Assembly: GCA_964016885.1 (NCBI GenBank)
Contig: OZ024740.1
Location: 409,820,001-409,884,000, forward strand
Length of the DNA: 64,000 bases
Source of the DNA: Eledone cirrhosa
Taxonomy: Eukaryota
Reading direction: 5' to 3'
The position numbers and the translations under genes are program-made. How positions within the stretch are numbered: the first letter of the stretch is position 1; the number at the start of each line of letters is the position of its first letter. Below are positions 11,610 through 25,097 of this stretch, one piece after another. The notes under the pieces were generated by a model. That model worked only from the letters and a program-made list of their open reading frames with translations, did not search any database and was not told where the DNA came from.

Positions 11610-12590
11610 CTGTTTCAACAACTACTGACGACACTGTTGATCCATCCAGAGTCACACAGTCTGACAAAATACGCCACGGGTGTCCAGCAGGGAGACCCAC
11701 CCGACTCGCTCCTCTTTGCGCTGTCTGTCCTGTCGCTCTTCAACGTTAGGTACCTGGACGACGCGACCGTGTGTGACTCGGTTGAGACGGTAGTTGCGGA
11801 CCTTTGGTTAATCATCCCAGCTCTAAAGCTCCTCGGACTCGAGGTCAACCCATCCAAGTCCGGAGTGATAAACGTTAGCTACACAGACGCTGAATTCCAT
11901 GAAAACCGCACTCAGCATCCATCCCGAGTTATCCGGGACTCGACTAACGCCTAAAGACGCCGCCTTCAGTCTCGACTCTCCAATTCTCTCGCAAGCCATA
12001 CGAGAGTGCTTGGAGACCAAACACACCGACCAGTCATGAGTGGCAGAGCGGCTGAGCCTCATTGACGCTCATCCGGTGCTCTTCCGTTGGGGAACTGCTT
12101 TGCTCTTCTAAAATGTTTCTTCATGCTGCGCAGTGTACCTTATCATCCCCATGCACATTACCCCAGTGAACTCGACGCCACCATCCGACGCTGTGCAGAA
12201 TTCATCTACAATGTCTGTTTCGACAGCGCCGGCTGGCAACAGGTGAAGTTCCCAGCGATTCCTCAGCAAGACAACGGAACCTGATGTGGCCCCAGATTTG
12301 AGCATGCTCTGGTCGACTGGACAAACGAATGCCCTTCTGTCCCCCACTATACAAATGTCCAACGTAACTGGGACGACACCAAGTGCAGGTTTTCCTTCAG
12401 GCGGATCGTGTCTGGCTTTGACCAACACCGCCTCACCTGCCTCTAATCCCTATAGCAACTAAATAATCGTGCGTGGCTCAATTTCGTGCCCTCCTCATCA
12501 ACTTGATGACGAGTGCACTCGCATCGGAGTGGCCCAGCGCTTCGTCCTCCACGTGTGTCAGACACACAAATACCACTGTTGGGTTGGCGG
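11610..12590 (+). mobile_element. Degenerate CRE-like non-LTR retrotransposon (RT region)
   Basis: GVQQGDPPDSLLFALSV, YLDDATV and GLEVNPSKS motifs, with multiple frameshifts. Confidence 0.75.
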
Positions 12591-13049
12591 TAAACCAGAG
12601 CTGGTAATGGATTTGAGTACCTACCTCGACAACTAATCACAGCTCACGACAGAAGATACAAAGTATTTTGAAAAGCAGATAACAGCAGATGAAATACAGA
12701 TGGCAGTAAGTAGTAGCATGGAGAACATATCACTTAGTTTAGAGGTATATATATATGATATAAAGTTCCTTTATTTTCCATCAAAATGCATTAACCATTC
12801 CATTATCATATTTTTTTTTAATTCTAAAATAATCAAGAATTTTAACAGGTTCTGTTAAACGTGTATAACTTAAGAAAATGTTCCTACGTATGTCTATTAT
12901 TTTCTCTAGTGTTGGTACCAGGATAAAATGCACTCGGTAGAGCACGGAATCATATATCTGGCCCCACGTCCACATGAAAGTCAGAGTCTCCGCATGAGTA
13001 TGAACCGGTTTGTGACAACACGTCCAAACATTTCTAGCGAGGAAAACGG

Positions 13050-14720
13050 ACGTTGCCTGCCTCAGGCGAGCCCCCTCTTCCTACCCGCTGGCGTACCTGT
13101 CACATGGAGCTCCGAGCATGCTCCTTGCTGCTGATACGGTTATACCCTTGGCTATTGGAGTCCAACAGGGCGACCCTTTGGGACCCCTCCTGTTCGCCCT
13201 TGGTATTGACCACATCGCCCGGTGTATCAACGTTTGGTATCTGGAAAATGCTACGTTGGGCGGGCCCGTGCGGATGGTCTGCCATGACCTTCAATCGCTG
13301 GTTCCTGCCCTGGCGGGAATCGGCCTCCAGGTCAACTCGGCCAAGTCGGAGGTGGTGAATGTCAGCCTCGATGCTGCGAGCTTTGCAGCCTCCGACTTGG
13401 ACGTACGGTCCATTCTCTGCCAAGTTCAGGTGACCCTCATAGAGGGTCACCGATCCACCCGCCGGCCATCCGCTCTACCATCAGGTCCAGGCTTCAACAG
13501 CTCCAGACTCTCACGAGCTGACTGGGTTTGATTGACGGCCACCCAGCTCTCTTTCTGCTGAGGAACTGCTTCGCCATGCCGAAGCTCCTCTATACACTCC
13601 GCAGCGCTCCATGCTACACCCAGACATCTCTCCTCCTGACATCGATACTTGTATCCAAGCAGCAGCCGAGGAGATATGCAACATCAAGTTTGACGACATA
13701 GGCTGGCAACAGGCCACTTTACCTGTCAGGTATGGCGGCCTTGGCCTCGGTCCCCGATCTCACTAGCTTTACCGGCGTATCTTTCGTCGGTAACCTCGTG
13801 CCGCGTCCTCGTCAGCAGGGTTCTTCAAAACACAACAGAACCCTCTGTGTTCAGAGAATGTGAGGCCGCCTGTGAGACGTGAGTCCGGCTGGGACTTAGC
13901 CCAGTAGACGTCCCTCCTCCTTCTCCTCCTGTTGACGTCAAGTCCCCCCAACACACTTGGGATGCCATTCAGTGCAGCCTCGCCTCAGACAGGCTCACGC
14001 GCCAGCTCGACCAGCACCGCCTTGCTTGTTTTCGTGCGGCGTCCAAACCCCACAGTGGTGCCTGGCTCCATGCCCTGCCCTCCTTCTCCACTGGCACGCA
14101 GCTAGACAACCATAGCCTGCGCATCGGCGTTTCCCTGAGGCTCGGCCTCCGGATCTGCCAGCCACACCAATGTCGTTGCGGTTCCACTGTGGACTCTTTC
14201 GGCCTCCACCCGCTTTCCCGACATCACAGTGCCAGCCGCATTCCAGGCCATGCAGCCCTCAACGAGGTCATTAAGCATGGCTTGGACGCTGCAGGCTTCC
14301 CTTCCCAGCTCGAGTCGGTGGGGCTGGATCGAGGGGACGGCAAAAGGCCAGATGGCATGACCATTTTCCCGTTCCACGGTGGCAAACCCCCTCGTCTGGG
14401 ATACCACTTGCACCGACACTTTCTGCAGCCCCAACCTGGTGCAAGGTTCTGCTGCACGTCGGGCTGAGGGGGCCAAACTCCTCAAATACCGGTCGCTCTC
14501 CGACAGGTTTGCAGTCGTACCCCTGGAAGTGGAGACTTCTGGTGTCCTCGGCCCCTGGGCTACCTCCTTACTCACCACCATAGGCGCTGAGCCTGCCAGC
14601 CGCAGGTGTGAGCCCCGCGAGTTGGAATGACTTTTCCAGCGCGTCTCGCTTGCCGTCCTCCGGTGAAACGCCTTCTCCATTCTGTCCGTCGGGGCTGTGG
14701 GTAGGCCCCATCGCGTACCG
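13050..14720 (+). mobile_element. Degenerate CRE-like non-LTR retrotransposon (RT plus restriction-like endonuclease)
   Basis: GVQQGDPLGPLLFALGI and WYLENATLGGP. C-terminal CRCG..H, RPDG, VWDTT, K..KY and VETSGVLGP motifs typical of REL-type CRE elements. Confidence 0.82.
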
Positions 14721-14835
14721 TTGTAGTTGTTGTATACAGATATTAACTCATCAATCCCATTGTCCTAAACAAACACGATATTAAATATGTATTTAATGGA
14801 AAAAAAAAAAAAGTTGTTCATGAAGATGATATTAT

Positions 14836-14895
14836 ATGTGTGTGCGTGTGTGTCTGTGTCTGTGCGTGTGTGTGTGTGTCTGTGCGTGTGTGTGT

Positions 14896-14974
<79 letters not shown>
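14836..14974. repeat. (TG)n microsatellite
   Basis: Compound TG/TC run. Confidence 0.97.
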
Positions 14975-14976
<2 letters not shown>

Positions 14977-15423
14977 CAATTGGAGGTAACCACAGTAAGT
15001 AAGGTACTCAATACATAGCAGAGTATAAATGTTTAATATAGAAATAGCTTCTACTGGACTGGAACTGTTTCCTGGTGATTTCCTTCGAATGAAACAGTTC
15101 TAGTCCTGTAGAAGCTATTTCTATATATACATATATATATTCCTTTCTAGCTTTCACTTTCATATCTCCCCCTCTCCCATATGTGTATGTACGTACGTAT
15201 GGAAATATGTATGTTTGTGCAGAGGGCATACACACGTATTCCTACTCGCACACACATGTATGCCCTCTTCCCTCCACACACACACACGTTAGACGGTAAT
15301 GAACATTTTCGTGTGGGGAGGAGGGTTGTTTTGTAGGGGTTACTAGATCTAAAGGAAGTGGCTATGACCTTTGGGGGCCTTCAGAGACCGATGAGATTAA
15401 TGCTAACAAAGTTCAGTTTAAAT

Positions 15424-15562
15424 CACTCATGGCAAACTGTGGCCTGCGAGCTGCCTTCGACCCGTTTGGTTTTCTGAATGGTACGCCTAATTTTAAAATT
15501 GCCTTTAACGTTTGAGCCACATCCTATGGGGCCCACTGCTCACCAAAAGTTGTCCATGCCTG
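15424..15562. mobile_element. hAT/Charlie-like MITE
   Basis: Termini CATGGCAAACTGTGGCCTGCG and AAAGTTGTCCATGCCTG. A similar element lies at ~50525-50692. Confidence 0.5.
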
Positions 15563-15927
15563 GTTTAAATTGTTGCAGGTCGATTTCTGTACAAGAAAAT
15601 AATTCCAGATTGAAGATGTTCTAAGGCGGAATGGCTGAGTGTTTTGATTAGTATGTGGCATATGGTGGGAAGTTGGACATATGGGCGATGAGAGGGGAAG
15701 ATAGGAATCAGATAGGACTGCCTGAGTGAAGGTGGCATCAGGTCATCCAGATCAGAGGAACAAATGTCACTTTAGTAGCGGTAGAAATAGGGATCAGAGG
15801 CTGGAGAGTGTCTGTTAGTAACTTGCTGCCAATCGGATGAAGTGCCTCTTTCTGGGGGCGGTCTAGGATGTTTGTATGTGTGGCAGCAGTACCGTTACAG
15901 ATGTAGGAACAATCTCTCTCTCTCTAT

Positions 15928-16056
<129 letters not shown>

Positions 16057-17894
16057 GTATAGTCTCTTTCATCCATACACTCACACACTCACACGAATGC
16101 ACGCACACAACAAAAATTGGAATGTTGTAGAGGAAGGGAAATAACCAAAAAATGAGTTATTTCCCCTGAATTACTTTCGCATCGTAACACAAAGTTGGTT
16201 AATTAAATAATTGTGTCTAGATTTGGCACAAGGCCAGCAAATACCTAGTACATTACGGTACTTTATTTTATCGACCCCAAATAATATAATTTTGTTGCTT
16301 ATGTAACAGTATGTGTGCGTATTAAATTACTTTTATAATGTTTCCATAATGTAATTATCTTACTATTTTATCCGTTTGCTGGTTTCACTCATTAGACTAC
16401 GCCAATTCTGGAATACCATCTTCAGATCTTTTAAAATGTTCTACATCGAGGTAAATGTCAAGGTGAACCTGATGTAAGGGGACACAACTGGGATAAGAAT
16501 TTATCGCAACGCTTGACACACACACAATTCAGCAACTAACACACAAGCATACGAGCGCGCATACACACTGACACATACTTACATGCATACGTATAAGAAT
16601 ATGTATTCGATGGGCTTTCGTCCACATAATCTCACTTACTAGACACTGGAGAAGCCAATGGTATAATAGAAAACACATGCTCAACGTGCAGCACAATATA
16701 AAGATTTCAAGCTACTCTCAACTTCAAGTTACCTCTGAGTTTAAATCTGAAGTCACATTCAAACCTCATTTCAAATTACTCACATCTCTCCTCACAACTG
16801 TTCATATTACCTCCCTCACTTACTTAGCTAAAATAATAAACGTTTAATGTTTACTAAACAAGTAGGTAGTATGACATTGTTGATGTTGAAAAATGGTACC
16901 AACACAAACCAGAATCTGTGGTAGAAAACGGGATATCAGCATTCAAACGGATAGAAATTCTTGTCTCACAGATGATTACGATCTCTATGTCTAATGATCT
17001 GAGATCATTAAACAAGTGACCTTGCTATCATGCCAATACCAGACCACACACATTTATACTTCCTACTCAGACTATAGCCATATCAGTTGGAAGAAAAGAA
17101 GAGGGAGAGGTCACTCACCTTGGTCTCCAAGAAATTCAGTTGATCCAATCTTCTTGTTTGTTGCATCAGAGTTCCCAAAAGGATTTTGTATTGATCTCTT
17201 GGTTGGGTTTAGCACAAAAGGTCGAACGTCTCCAGGAAAATGGGTCTTTTGTGATTGATATGTGTATGTGTCCGTATCAGTAATCTCTTCAGAGGTGTTT
17301 TTGGAAGGAGTTTGTCAAACTCATCTCCTTTTGTGTGTATATTGTTATTATTTATCAGCTTGTTGTTGTCCTTCCGTACAACAGTGAAGATGATGTAGAA
17401 GGGTTTTGCTTGTGTGCTTGACTATTGCTCATGTATTGTTTTGTTGTTATTTTGTTGTTTTTTGTTCTTTCTTTTGTAATTGTGGTTTTTGTGATATTTA
17501 GTTCTGCTGTTGATTTTGATGTGGTGATGGTGGGGTAGGTGTGTGATTGATTAAGGAATCCTTTGCCACCCTGAGGAATCTTCCAGCTTTCATTCTAGGG
17601 TATTTTCTCTCCTTAACTTTGTCATACAACAAAGTTCCGAGAAGTCTGAGCAGGAAGGGATATCTATGCCTGTGTGTATGTCACTATTTACATTAGACTG
17701 TTGATGGTGCATTGCTGTGGGGTTTTCTATTTTTGTGAGACAGTGGATGTTAGAGTATCCTGCTTTTGTTGTCTTGGGATTTTCTGTTGTTGGTGGTGGT
17801 GCTGCCACATCAGTATCAGCTGTGTTTATTGCTGCTGATGCTGCCTCTTTTTCTTGCTGTTGTAGTTGTTTTTACTGTTCTTAGTATTGTTGCT

Positions 17895-18640
17895 GCTGCT
17901 ATATGTCCTATTAGTCTTCAACAATTTATCTGAGAATTCATAGTTGCAGCAACATTTGTCATGTTTCATAAAACTAAATTTTATGCATAAAATTGCATGA
18001 AAAAGCTTCAATTGCATTTTATTTCTTAACCTTGATTTTATATTGTTCATGCTACTAGGTAGTCTTTCAACTTTGTGCATCAGAGTGAGGAAAGTATCAA
18101 AGTTGTTATTGTACAATCTGCAAATTTTGCCCCAAAGTACATCTCTATATTGATGTACTTCACTCCAAAGCTTCTCACTTTCAATGTCAGTTGTTCATGC
18201 TACTAAATGAACCTTTTCATCAATTTACTAAGAGAGTTATATTCTTTAACAAGTTGAAGAATATTTTTTCTCAGAAATGATATGTTCTTTAAAAATTCTA
18301 AATTTTCTTGCAACCTTTGTTTCAATTGTTGGAATAAACATAACAAAAATTATTGATATTGCTTCTTCATGCATAATTCTTAACTGCCGATAATTTTACC
18401 TTGGTTCTTTAATTCATCAATTTTGTTTTCAAATCTATAGCCTAAATATGGCTTAGGATCTAGAAAAACTTCAATGTTACAAGGCAGTACATCAATGTTA
18501 TGAGTTGAAAGGATTAATTTATTCTCACAGGATTTTACAATCAATGTTGAGTCTTCTAGTAAATTTAGTTTATCGACATTGTTAAATTCAAAGGATTTAT
18601 CCACAAACTTCCATTTCTTCTAGTATTGAGTGACATGGTA
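17895..18640 (-). mobile_element. Degenerate hAT transposase C-terminal fragment
   Basis: VERLPSSMNNIKSRLRNKM resembles the hAT dimerization motif (xERxFSxMxxIKxxLRNR). Confidence 0.6.
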
Positions 18641-19810
18641 GTGAAACGACAAGGTAAGAAGAGCGTTTAAAACAAAAAGACAAGCCTGGAGAAAATGGAG
18701 GTCTGGAGGAGACAGAAAGCAATACCAGATAGCAAGAAGGGAGGCCAGGTGCCTAGTATATCTAATAAGGGAAGAGGCAGAAAAGAAGAAGCTTGCACAT
18801 ATTCTGCACCATGAAGATCAGAGGTGTGAAGTGTTCAGGATTGCGAGACAGTATGCTAGATAAAATTGTAATGTGGTTGGAGAGAAATGTGTCTGAAATG
18901 ATAGCGGAGCACTTGCCCTGTCTGACAATGAAAAGAAAGAGTCATGGAAGACATACTATGAGAGACTGCTGATCAAGGAAAATAAATGAGACAGTGAGGA
19001 CCTACCCCATGCAGACCCTACTGAGGGATCAGCCATAAAAGTTGACACCAGTATGAGAGATAAAACAATTAAGGACATGAAGGTAGGAAAGCAGCTGGAC
19101 CATCTGGTATAGTCGTTGAGATGCTAAAACATCTGGCATGTTAGGTCATCTGGCACTAGTCAAACGCATAGTTAATCAAGTAGTACAGGATGGTGTCATA
19201 CCCAATGACTGGCACAGCAGTGTCATTGTAAATTGCTACAAGTGGAAGGAGATACATTACAGAGAAGTAACCACAGAGATCATCAAGTTGATGGACTAGG
19301 ACATGGAAGTTACTGGAAGTGTTATAACACAACTAATTAGGGACAGAATCTAGTTAGATGAGATGCAGTTTGGATTTATGCCAGGTAGCGGTACTACCTA
19401 TGTCTTCTTTCTGGTGAGACAACTACAGGAGAGGTACTTAGCTAAGGGTAAGCCTCTGTATCTAGCATTTGTAGATCTGGAGAAGACTTTTGACAGGATC
19501 CCATGCTCTATAATCTGGTGGGCACTTAGCAAGCTAGATGTAGACAAATGGCTTGTGAGGGCTGTGCAACCAGCAGTGAGTTGGCAATGAGTACAGTGAT
19601 GAATTTGAAGTGCAGGTGGAGGGTCAACTAGGGATCAATTTTCAATTCACTCATGTTTATCCCCAGTGGTTGGGACCCGTGGAAGAGGCAGACACAGGAA
19701 GACATGTGCTGGGGTTGTGAAGACTGTCCTTAAAAAATTAAACATCACATCAGAAATGAATAAAGACAATGAGAGTTAGCACTATGCAGTGCTGAAAAAA
19801 ACCCAACCTT
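18625..19810 (+). mobile_element. Decayed RTE LINE, related to the 61-64 kb family
   Basis: MQFGFMPG.GTT, YLAKGKPLYLAFVDLEK.FDR and WWALSKL motifs, with many stops. Confidence 0.85.
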
Positions 19811-21105
19811 CACCATGCAATGTGACCTGAACTACCCTCATGCCTATCACTTTCCATTAGCACTCCCTAACAGTTATTCTCAACATGCATACTTCAACCA
19901 TGCATGCCCTGCTTTCACAGCTGCTGCCCCTTTGAAGGGGTTGGTAATGAGAAGGGCATTCAGCCATGGAGGGCTTGCCAACAAAGGGTTGGGAGGACCC
20001 TTCAATCATTTTAAGGACATGACAGCCTCCCTAGTGTTGGTGATCTACAGGATAATTGCACCCAGTACATGCTGTAAAGTGGTTGGTAATAGAAAGGGCA
20101 TCCAGCTGTAGAAAGCTTGCCAAACAAAGAGTTGGGAGGACCCTCAGTTGTGTCAAAGATATGACAACCTCTCCTGTGCCTCAGTGGAATGTGAGACTGT
20201 ACATTAGCAGGACGCAGATTCCTGGCTTGTCTGGGAGATCAGTGGCTCGGCTTCAGTACTAACTTGGTCTGTGTGGACCTGTCCAAGCAGACATTGAAAC
20301 CACAATGATGATAATGAGGTATAGGAATTTCAATTTTCAGCTTTTGGCACACTACATTGATTCCTACCATCACACTTGCATTATCTGACCTTTTACCAAT
20401 AAGATTCTCTATTTTCAATCATCTTCTAAACAATTCAGATTTTATAGCTTTGACAATGTGTTCTGTGCCACCCTTTTCAAACTCTACTAAACTTAAGTAT
20501 GTAGAAACTACCTTATTATGTGAACTACTAAAGTCAGTTATTACAATTCCCAGGATATGCATCACAGTGATATTACTAGATTTATCCAGCAATAAACTGA
20601 ATTTACAATCTCCAACATCACTAATTAGGTGGCGAATTGGCAGAGTTATTAAAATATTGGATAGAATGCCCTATCATATTCGTTTTGACTCTCTGAGTTC
20701 AAATCCTGCCGATGTCAACTTTAACTTTCACCCTTTCAAGGCTGATAAAAAAAATACCAGTCTAGTACTGGGGTAGATTCTTCCTCTATATCTCTTTCTC
20801 ATTTTTTTCTCCCTTACTTTCTATCTTTCTCTGGAAGAAATCTGCTGTACTCAGGCCTGGAGAGGGATGGGCTCCACTAGGCTTAAAATGCCCAAGAAAC
20901 ACTGTATGTCAATACACCACCCCTATGACTCTATCAGGAGTTACGTGACCATACATACATCACTAATCAAATCCTCCTCAAAGTGGTTACTGGTAAGTTT
21001 TAATAATTTCTGACTACTTAGTATGATGTATTTTTAATTGTGCAGTTGTATCGCTGTTGTTTATGTTATTCTTTCAGAAATCAACCAGATGGTCTATATC
21101 TACAA

Positions 21106-21324
21106 CCCTGTAGCATTTAAACCTGCTGTATCCGGCCAGAATTCTCTCACCTTGTTCTGTTCAAACCAACTGTAATTGGCCACTCATGCCAATGTTGGTA
21201 TTGTTCTCAAAATAAATAACATCAAAATCTCGTAGATTCCATAATATGTGAGATAATTATGTAAGATAAAGCTTTTACCACAAAAATACAATAGTATATA
21301 TAGAGTAATGCAAATGCTAAAGGG
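21106..21324. mobile_element. piggyBac-type MITE (CCCT.TAGCATT TIR)
   Basis: CCCTGTAGCATT...AATGCTAAAGGG-TTAA. Same family as 48330-48549 and the partial copy at ~50815-50980. Confidence 0.75.
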
Positions 21325-21654
21325 TTAAACCACTAACCCTTAAACTTCTGTTTATATTGCTTTTGTTTTGGCATTGTTAAAGGATGAAATTAGTAATATA
21401 CAAAAATGATTTACTATACTCAAATATGCACAGATGCAGTTTGATATGGACCCTCGAAAACAGAAATGGACAAAAATTCCATCAGACAAAATTCCCTGGA
21501 GAAATATCCCCACTCTTGTACAAAACTCCAACATAATAAAAAAAATCTGTATATAGTTTTTAATAGCTAAAAGAAAACATTATGCAATGTAATTTATTTT
21601 ATTAAAAAATAAAGTAAAATTATATATGTATACTCCTCCCTTTTATATATATAT

Positions 21655-21834
21655 ATAATTATTTCTACTTTTGGCACAAGGCCAGCAATTACCCAGTGCA
21701 TTACTGGTACTTTATTTTATCGACCACATAAGGATGAAAGGCAAAGTTAACCTCGACGGGATTTGAACTCAAACTGTAAAGGGACGTAACTATGCTGGAA
21801 AGCATGGCGTCCGACCCTCTCCCGATAATGCCAA
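21655..21834 (-). mobile_element. Dominant octopod-type SINE copy
   Basis: Reverse complement of the 60747-60930 copy. Confidence 0.9.
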
Positions 21835-21986
21835 TATATATATATAATAAGGAGTTGACGGACCCAGCATATTTATCAATGCCAGTATCTCAGCGTACTC
21901 TATGGGCAATGTAAGAGACATTCCCAGAGTATACACATAGTTATTTGCTTCAACACAAGACACGTAAAACGGGTGCCTATAATGGT

Positions 21987-22097
21987 TCCCGGACTCGAGT
22001 TTCTTCCGCACTAATGCATCAGTAAGGTGCACTGCACCATCCGTCTGCATATATTATGCAACAATGCATAATCGGCTTATGCGGCTTCATCAGGGAG
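21987..22097 (-). ncRNA. Hammerhead-like motif with branched 83-nt stem II
   Basis: CUGAUGA...GAAA-CUCGAG-UC, with palindromic stem III ACUCGAGU and a GUC triplet. Stem II CCGCA/UGCGG has a mismatched base and stem I is weak. Confidence 0.5.
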
Positions 22098-22624
22098 TAT
22101 TGCCTAATCAATAACCAATCGATCGACAGAATTTGAACACCAGTCCAAGCCAGTCATGACTGTTTGTGACGACTGACACAGTAAAGCGATTAGCAACTGG
22201 CACCCGATAAGAGTCTATCTCTCAACTAGCCACCGATTTACAAATTTTACGTGGTGGCGGGAAGCTAAAGAATCAATCTTTTCGTTCCCATCAAAAGCTT
22301 TCAGCCAACGTGTCTCATACACAAAAATTAAGAGGTGAAAAGATGGCTATTAGAAATAGCAGTTCACATTGATGTATAATAGAATAGTAGCATTTGGCTC
22401 ATGTCTCCAAGCTCCATGGCTAGAGGAAAGCGATGGTAACAATGGTAGTGCCAAGAACCTTTAATGGACTTTAAATGCGATTATCCATTATAGAGCAATA
22501 TAGTAGTGAGCTGAAACGTGTGTAGAGAACCAATCTATTTCACAACTTAAAAGAGTGAGACAAAAATATAACCCATGCTAGCATGGAAGATAGATGTTAA
22601 ACGATGATGATGATGATATATATA

Positions 22625-22660
<36 letters not shown>

Positions 22661-22701
22661 TTCAAAATATTAACAAAAATAGACATTCGTGTGATCAAGT
22701 A

Positions 22702-22768
22702 TATTTTATTATACATATTTCAGAGGTACTGAGCTATCTTCAACAGTACGTCCTCATCAGATAAAATA
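22702..22768 (-). ncRNA. Type I hammerhead ribozyme motif
   Basis: UAUUUUAU-CUGAUGA-GGACGUACUG[12 nt]CAGUACCUCU-GAAA-UAUGUA-UA-AUAAAAUA. It has an 8-bp stem I, a 9/10-paired stem II and an AUA triplet. Confidence 0.78.
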
Positions 22769-23090
22769 AAATGATGCATGACATACCCTGACTTAGTAGA
22801 TGGTTAAGATTCAGTCATGGTAGTGAATAAGATATGACAAAACTCAATATTTATATACCTTAAGATTGAGACATGAAAAATCTTTTACATATAATACAGA
22901 GGGTGTGTGTGAGAAAGCTTAAAAATACATAATAGTAATTTATATAACTGTTAGAGATTCAAATAATTTACATTATTGAAGAAAGAAGAAAGAAAGAAGA
23001 AAGACAAAGAGAAACAGATGAGGAAAACTATAGTTACTAGAAGTATAGAAAACAAAAGAGAATTGATCAAAGATAGAGAGACAAGGAGGA

Positions 23091-23123
<33 letters not shown>

Positions 23124-23134
23124 TTGTTGATGGG

Positions 23135-23350
23135 GAGGTACAGTATCGTTAGAGCGTCGGACATCATGTTTTGCAGCATAGAGTTACGGCCCTTTATGAT
23201 CTGAGTTCAAATCCCGTCGAGGTTAACTTTGCCTTTCATCCTTACGGAGGTCGATAAAATAAAGTACCAGTCACGCACTTGGGTCGATTTAATCGACTTT
23301 CCTCTCCCCCAACATTGCTGGCCTAGTGCCTATATAAGAAACCATTATTG
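23135..23350 (+). mobile_element. Dominant octopod-type SINE copy
   Basis: Same core as the other copies. Confidence 0.88.
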
Positions 23351-23404
23351 TACAGAGGATTGATAGCTTTAATGTGTATACACCAGGTCCGAACACAAAG
23401 GAAA

Positions 23405-23934
23405 TGTAGCAAGAGTTGCCTCCCTTGTTATGACAATCACATCACCGCTCTCTAGACAGGAAGTAGCTGGAGTTACTTCCCGTTGGGGTGGCAGAACCCT
23501 TTTTGTCACTTCCGTCCTGGGACCCTATAAAAGGGATAGCTCAGGGCGATCTCACTCTCATTTGCCCTTTCGGCTGCTGGCCTTCGGCCAGGCGCGTTCG
23601 CCGAGGCTCTACTCTCGGGCAACCCTAACATGGTCTCTTGCGAGCTCACTTCAAACGGTAACAAATAACTTTACTTCATTCTTTCATCTACTCTTGACTT
23701 GTCAACCATTCTGTTCTACATAACTTCAACTTGTTAATTAAAGATTGTACACACAACTGAGTCTCCTGTTATATTCATACACACCAGTTCCGTCCTGAGC
23801 TATCCCTTTTATAGGGTCCCAGGACGGAAGTGACAAAAAGGGTTCCGCCACCCCAACGGGAAGTAACTCCAGCTACTTCCTGTCTAGAGAGCGGTGATGT
23901 GATTGTCATAACAAGGGAGGCAACTCTTGCTACA
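23405..23934 (+). mobile_element. Solo LTR-like sequence (23405-23786) plus an inverted copy of its first 141 bp
   Basis: TG...CA ends, TATAAAA at 23526 and ATTAAA at 23738. Segment 23794-23934 is the reverse complement of 23405-23545 with 1 mismatch. Confidence 0.7.
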
Positions 23935-24009
23935 GAATCGAACGCCCACTGTCACTGTCTCCACCTCTCCCGCTCTCCCCATCTCTCACTATTATAAGTA
24001 AATGAGGGC

Positions 24010-24236
24010 TCACGCGCTGGCCGTCCCGCGGCCCAGGCAGACAAAATTGCGTTTCTCCGGAGGATGATGAGTGAGACGCGCTGGAAGAAGCATTCCAGTT
24101 GGCGAGGCTTACACTTACGGGTAGCCAACTCTGTGCTGATGATGGTGAGTAGGGAGGTGTTTTTAGGACCAAGAACACCAGAAGTTTCCATTGCTACGGG
24201 CTCGACCGCAAACCTGTCAGAGAGCGACCGATACTC
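24010..24236 (-). mobile_element. 3' fragment of CRE-like element
   Basis: METSGVLGPKNTSLLTIISTELATRKCKPRQLECFFQRVS is homologous to 14530-14680. Confidence 0.75.
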
Positions 24237-24463
24237 AGAACAATGTAACCAAGTGAAATTAACTGTATTTCAATTTAGATGCTCTGACGTTATATACCAA
24301 ACAAATTTGGAATATGATGTTTTGACTTAATATTTCATAAATAAAACCCTTCAAGTGTGCCTTAAAAATATGTTACGTGATATAATATTTTAAAAAAAAC
24401 GTATCTAAGGTGGCATAAAATAACGCGTTTAAAAATCTGCCTGTTTCATTCATGTAAAACAAC

Positions 24464-24740
24464 ATGCCATGGTGGCAGCGGTGGGATACTGCTGAGACCC
24501 CTGCAGTCCACATAAATGGATCACCTTCTGTTTGCCAGCTCAATAGATCAGTGGCAATGATCCATCAGTGTCGGCCTATAAGGGTGCTGGTCCCGCGGTA
24601 TAGGTCAGTGCTCCAGTTACTACAGCGTACCCGGCTCACACTGCCGCAGGTACAAGTTGACCAGTCACCAACGCCATCGTGCTGCCCTGTGAGAATAAGA
24701 AAGCCCTCAGCAAAACTTAAGGATTTTGTATGGAGCATGG
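24464..24740 (+). mobile_element. Possible Gypsy pol C-terminal remnant
   Basis: PVRIRKPSAKLKDFV resembles the terminal motif of Ty3/Gypsy integrases. Confidence 0.35.
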
Positions 24741-24911
24741 ATACCCAGCACATTCAGTGATTGAAAGTGACTCTTTTGCTTCCTCCCACATCATGGACGC
24801 TATGGTAAATGTGGGGGATACTGCTTCCTTTGCCGAACGGAATAAAATTCGGAAAAACCTGGATTTATTCAGTAATTATATTTGTATATATCGTTTGTGT
24901 TTATGTTTTCG

Positions 24912-25097
24912 TTTGGCAGTATCGGTAGAGGATCAGATGCCATGCTTTGTAGCAAAGAGTTACAACCCTTTATGGTCTGAGTTCAAATCCCGCCGAGGTT
25001 AACTTTGCCTTTGATCCTTACGAGGTTGATAAAATAAAGTACCAGCAATGCACTGTGATAATTGCTGGCCTTGTGCCAAAAGTAGAAACAATTATTA
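24912..25097 (+). mobile_element. Dominant octopod-type SINE copy
   Basis: TTGGCAGTATCGGTAGAG...GTAGAAACAATTATT. Confidence 0.9.

Noticed and set aside
16968-17022. CAGATGA...GATCTC/GAGATC...AAAC motif
   Set aside because: Two core positions are altered and there is no valid triplet.
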